A DNA stretch of 64,000 nucleotides from NCBI RefSeq assembly GCF_032444005.1, contig NC_091288.1:8804001-8868000 (forward strand), read 5' to 3'. Both the position numbers and the translations under genes were made by a program. The notes under the pieces are model-generated. The model had not been told where the DNA came from, did not search any database, and saw only the letters and a program-made list of their open reading frames with translations. Of this stretch, positions 60,545 to 64,000 are shown one piece after another. Within the stretch, counting starts at the first letter, position 1, and the number at the start of each line of letters is the position of its first letter. This stretch comes from Ranitomeya imitator. Its lineage: Eukaryota.

Positions 60545-61785
60545 TGCCATCAGCCCCTCTTATAACGCTCCAGTACTGATATAACCTCCAGACATTACAT
60601 CATATGTGAGTGATATCAGCCCCTCTTATAACGCTCCAGTACTGATATAACCCCAGACATTACACCATATGTGAGTGATATCAGCCTCTTATAACGCTCC
60701 AGTACTGATATAACCTCCAGACATTACACCATATGTGACTGATATCAGCCCCTCTTATAACCCTCCAGTACTGATATAACCCCAGACATTACACCATATG
60801 TGACTGCCATCAGCCCCTCTTATAACGCTCCAGTACTGATATAACCCCAGACATTACACCATATGTGACTGATATCAGCCCCTCTTATAACGCTCCAGTA
60901 CTGATATAACCCCAGACATTACACCATATGTGACTGATATCAGCCCCTCTTATAATGCTCCAGTACTGATATAACCCCAGACATTACATCATATGTGACT
61001 GATATCAGCCCCTCTTATAACGCTCCAGTACTGATATAACCCCCAGACATTACACCATATGTGACTGATATCAGCCCCTCTTATAATGCTCCAGTACTGA
61101 TATAACCCCAGACATTACAGCATATGTGACTGATATCAGCCCCTCTTATAACGCTCCAGTACTGATATAACCTCCAGACATTACATCATATGTGACTGAT
61201 ATCAGCCCCTCCTATAACGCTCCAGTACTGATATAACCTCCAGACATTACATCATATGTGACTGATATCAGCCCCTCCTATAACGCTCCAGTACTGATAT
61301 AACCCCCAGACATTACACCATATGTGACTGATATCAGCCTCTTATAACGCTCCAGTACTGATATAACCCCCAGACATTACACCATATGTGACTGATATCA
61401 GCCCCTCTTATAACGCTCCAGTACTGATATAACCCCAGACATTACATCATATGTGACTGATATCAGCCCCTCCTATAACGCTCCAGTACTGATATAACCC
61501 CCAGACATTACACCATATGTGACTGATATCAGCCCCTCTTATAACGCTCCAGTACTGATATAACCCCAGACATTACATCATATGTGACTGATATCAGCCC
61601 CTCCTATAACGCTCCAGTACTGATATAACCCCCAGACATTACATCATATGTGACTGATATCAGCCCCTCTTATAACGCTCCAGTACTGATATAACCTCCA
61701 GACATTACACCATATGTGACTGATATCAGCCTCTTACAACGCTCCAGTACTGATATCAGCCCCTATTATAATGCTCCAGCACTAT
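60545..61785. repeat. Minisatellite, ~65-bp unit (gatatcagcccctcttataacgctccagtactgatataaccccagacattacaccatatgtgact), ~19 copies
   Basis: Read directly. Confidence 0.95.
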
Positions 61786-62042
61786 TAGGGGCTTCTCCTA
61801 TGTTGCGGAGCTGAAGGTTTCTCGGATTGCACACAATATATTGATTATATATTTATATATAAACCCCTTGGTTTTGGCCGGGGTCCTATCTTGTCTGAGG
61901 AAGAAGAAGACCAGGAATCCCCCCTTGTGTGATAATGATGGGATCACCATGGAGACCCCGATCACCGCTTCCGCATCACAGTGAAAACAGAATAAAAAAA
62001 AGAAATGAGATGGAGAGGAGGCGAAGAGGAGGACGGGGGTGG

Positions 62043-62072
62043 ATGATGATGGATGATGATGATGATGATGAT
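62043..62072. repeat. (GAT)n microsatellite
   Basis: gatgatgatggatgatgatgatgatgatgatg. Confidence 0.85.
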
Positions 62073-62621
62073 GCCTCTCCTTCCATCCCTCACTGTATAA
62101 AGTAATGGGTACATAGTAACCTCTGACCAGGGGGCACAGCCACAGACCCGGATGGATGTAATGGGGTCCACAGGGTTCTGGAATGTCTCAGGAGGAATAA
62201 CACTGATACATTGTAGCACAGGATCAGGACAGGAGGAGATTTTGGCTTCCCCAAGTTTATGTCACATCAGATGATCCCGGCTGATGTATTGTAACGAACC
62301 TTCAGCTGTGAGATTACGTCAGATGTGAACCTTCTCATTCACTGACATCAGAGTGATCACAAATGGAAACGTGAAGAACAGAACTTGTCACAATTCAGAA
62401 TTATACGGAGATTCAGAGACCGGAGGGGTAAATCAGGCAGAAGAGTCCGGGCTCAGACAAGGATTCTTCTTCTACACAACGATCCAAGTGTCAGTATGTG
62501 CTCACATTGCCACCTTCGGAGTTTCAGAACTTTATTTTATGCAAAAAAAACCCTACCCCAAATTACTGGAGAACGCTCGACTTTCTCCCGTGAGTCAGTG
62601 AAAAACAGACAATACGGACAG

Positions 62622-63012
62622 CAGCCCCACAGACCGGCCAGCCAGCCCCACAGACCGACCAGCCAGCCCCACAGACCGGCCAGCCAGCCCCACAGACCGG
62701 CCAGCCAGCCCCACAGACCGGCCAGCCAGCCCCACAGACCGGCCAGCCAGCCCCACAGACCGGCCAGCCAGCCCCACAGACCGGCCACCCAGCCCCACAG
62801 ACCGACCAGCCAGCCCCACAGACCGACCAGCCAGCCCCACAGACCGGCCAGCCAGCCCCACAGACCGGCCAGCCAGCCCCACAGACCGGCCAGCCAGCCC
62901 CACAGACCGGCCAGCCAGCCCCACAGACCGGCCAGCCAGCCCCACAGACCGGCCAGCCAGCCCCACAGACCGGCCAGCCAGCCCCACAGACCGGCCAGCC
63001 AGCCCCACAGAG
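62622..63012. repeat. Minisatellite, 21-bp unit (cagccccacagaccggccagc), ~18 copies
   Basis: Read directly. It gives 7-aa periodic ORFs. Confidence 0.96.
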
Positions 63013-64000
63013 CCATAGACTTGCATTGGTGACAGATCTGTGACTTATCCATACTGGAGACATCCAATTCCAGGCTTTTGTGTTTTTTTTGTCGCAGGAC
63101 CCTTGGCGGCCACAACTGACCCCTCTCCCTTGTGTAGGGCTGCGATGTAGAAGCGTCCCATAGGGAACAGCGTGTAGGTAAAGTATTAGGGCAGTTTCAC
63201 CAGTGCAACATTCATGGTCTCAGTCCCTGGAGCACTAGACTGGAGGGATTATGGCGGCCTGTACCCGATACCCGCACACATACCGCACACATACCGCACA
63301 CATGCCCTGGAGTGTAGCAGTGGGGTTTATCCTTTAGGCTCCAGTGTTGGGACTCATTATGTCACACGTTAGGGAATTGCTAGTAATAATCATAATATAT
63401 CTTCCAAAATCAATCCTTGTTGGAGTGAAAACAATTTAGCGAGAGGTATCAATATTTCTTAAATTTCTGCTGGCGCCATCTCCGTCATACGACGCCCCGC
63501 AGAGCAGCGGATGATGACGCCGTGCCCCTGCGGCCGTATGACAGGCACTTCATGTAGTGTCATCACCTGCTCACAGCTCTGCAATAAATGGGCCTGCAGT
63601 CATACGCCGCCGACACATTTTCTATCAGTTTTCTTCTGATACAAATTAACAGAATCTTAAATCAATTATTTTACCTTTTTTTTTTACATAATATGTATCA
63701 AAAACAACTAAACTTCAGGTGCGATTGCCGCCTTACAACCCATTAAAAGTTTTTAAGCTTCGTATAAAAGATACCAATGACCCCCATTATCCTTTGTAAT
63801 AGGATTTGTCATTTTTACTTATCAGATTTAAGGCAAAGTGTGGAAAAGCAAAGATGGCAAAGTGTAGGGAGCGTTCCCACATCGCTGCATGAAAGACGCA
63901 GTCTGTGGTCTGTAAAATGTAATGTAAAAAACTCATCTTTGATGCTTTTTTTCACCTCATTGGGGAACAACTGAAGTAAAAATTCAGAAAGAATTTACTT

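Overview
This is vertebrate genomic DNA, very probably from an anuran (frog). That assignment is inferred from the MRAS/TMEM177 proteins and from the CR1, Harbinger-type MITE and minisatellite content. Four protein-coding genes can be reconstructed with canonical GT-AG junctions and matching phases. (1) FReD-A, minus strand: a probable short 5' exon at ~9175-9128, then coding exons 6917-6740 and 4606-3933, 283 aa. (2) FReD-B, plus strand: coding exons 13720-13894 and 15035-15684, 274 aa. These two form a head-to-head pair of secreted proteins made of a signal peptide, a short linker and one fibrinogen C-terminal domain. They are roughly 45% identical over the domain by manual alignment and share unusual family signatures. 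(3) TMEM177, minus strand: single coding exon 21140-20205. (4) MRAS, minus strand: five coding exons between 48025 and 38727, 208 aa; its non-coding first exon was not located. A 5'-truncated CR1 LINE lies in an MRAS intron, inside a minisatellite. About 30 kb (~47%) of the window is tandem minisatellite, in about 20 unrelated unit families of 13-86 bp, and these generate nearly all of the long spurious ORFs in the track. PIF/Harbinger-type MITEs, several nested and with TTA/TAA target duplications, fill much of the rest. The divergent FReD gene pair is the best candidate for a poorly described system. No database search could be run, so its novelty is unverified.
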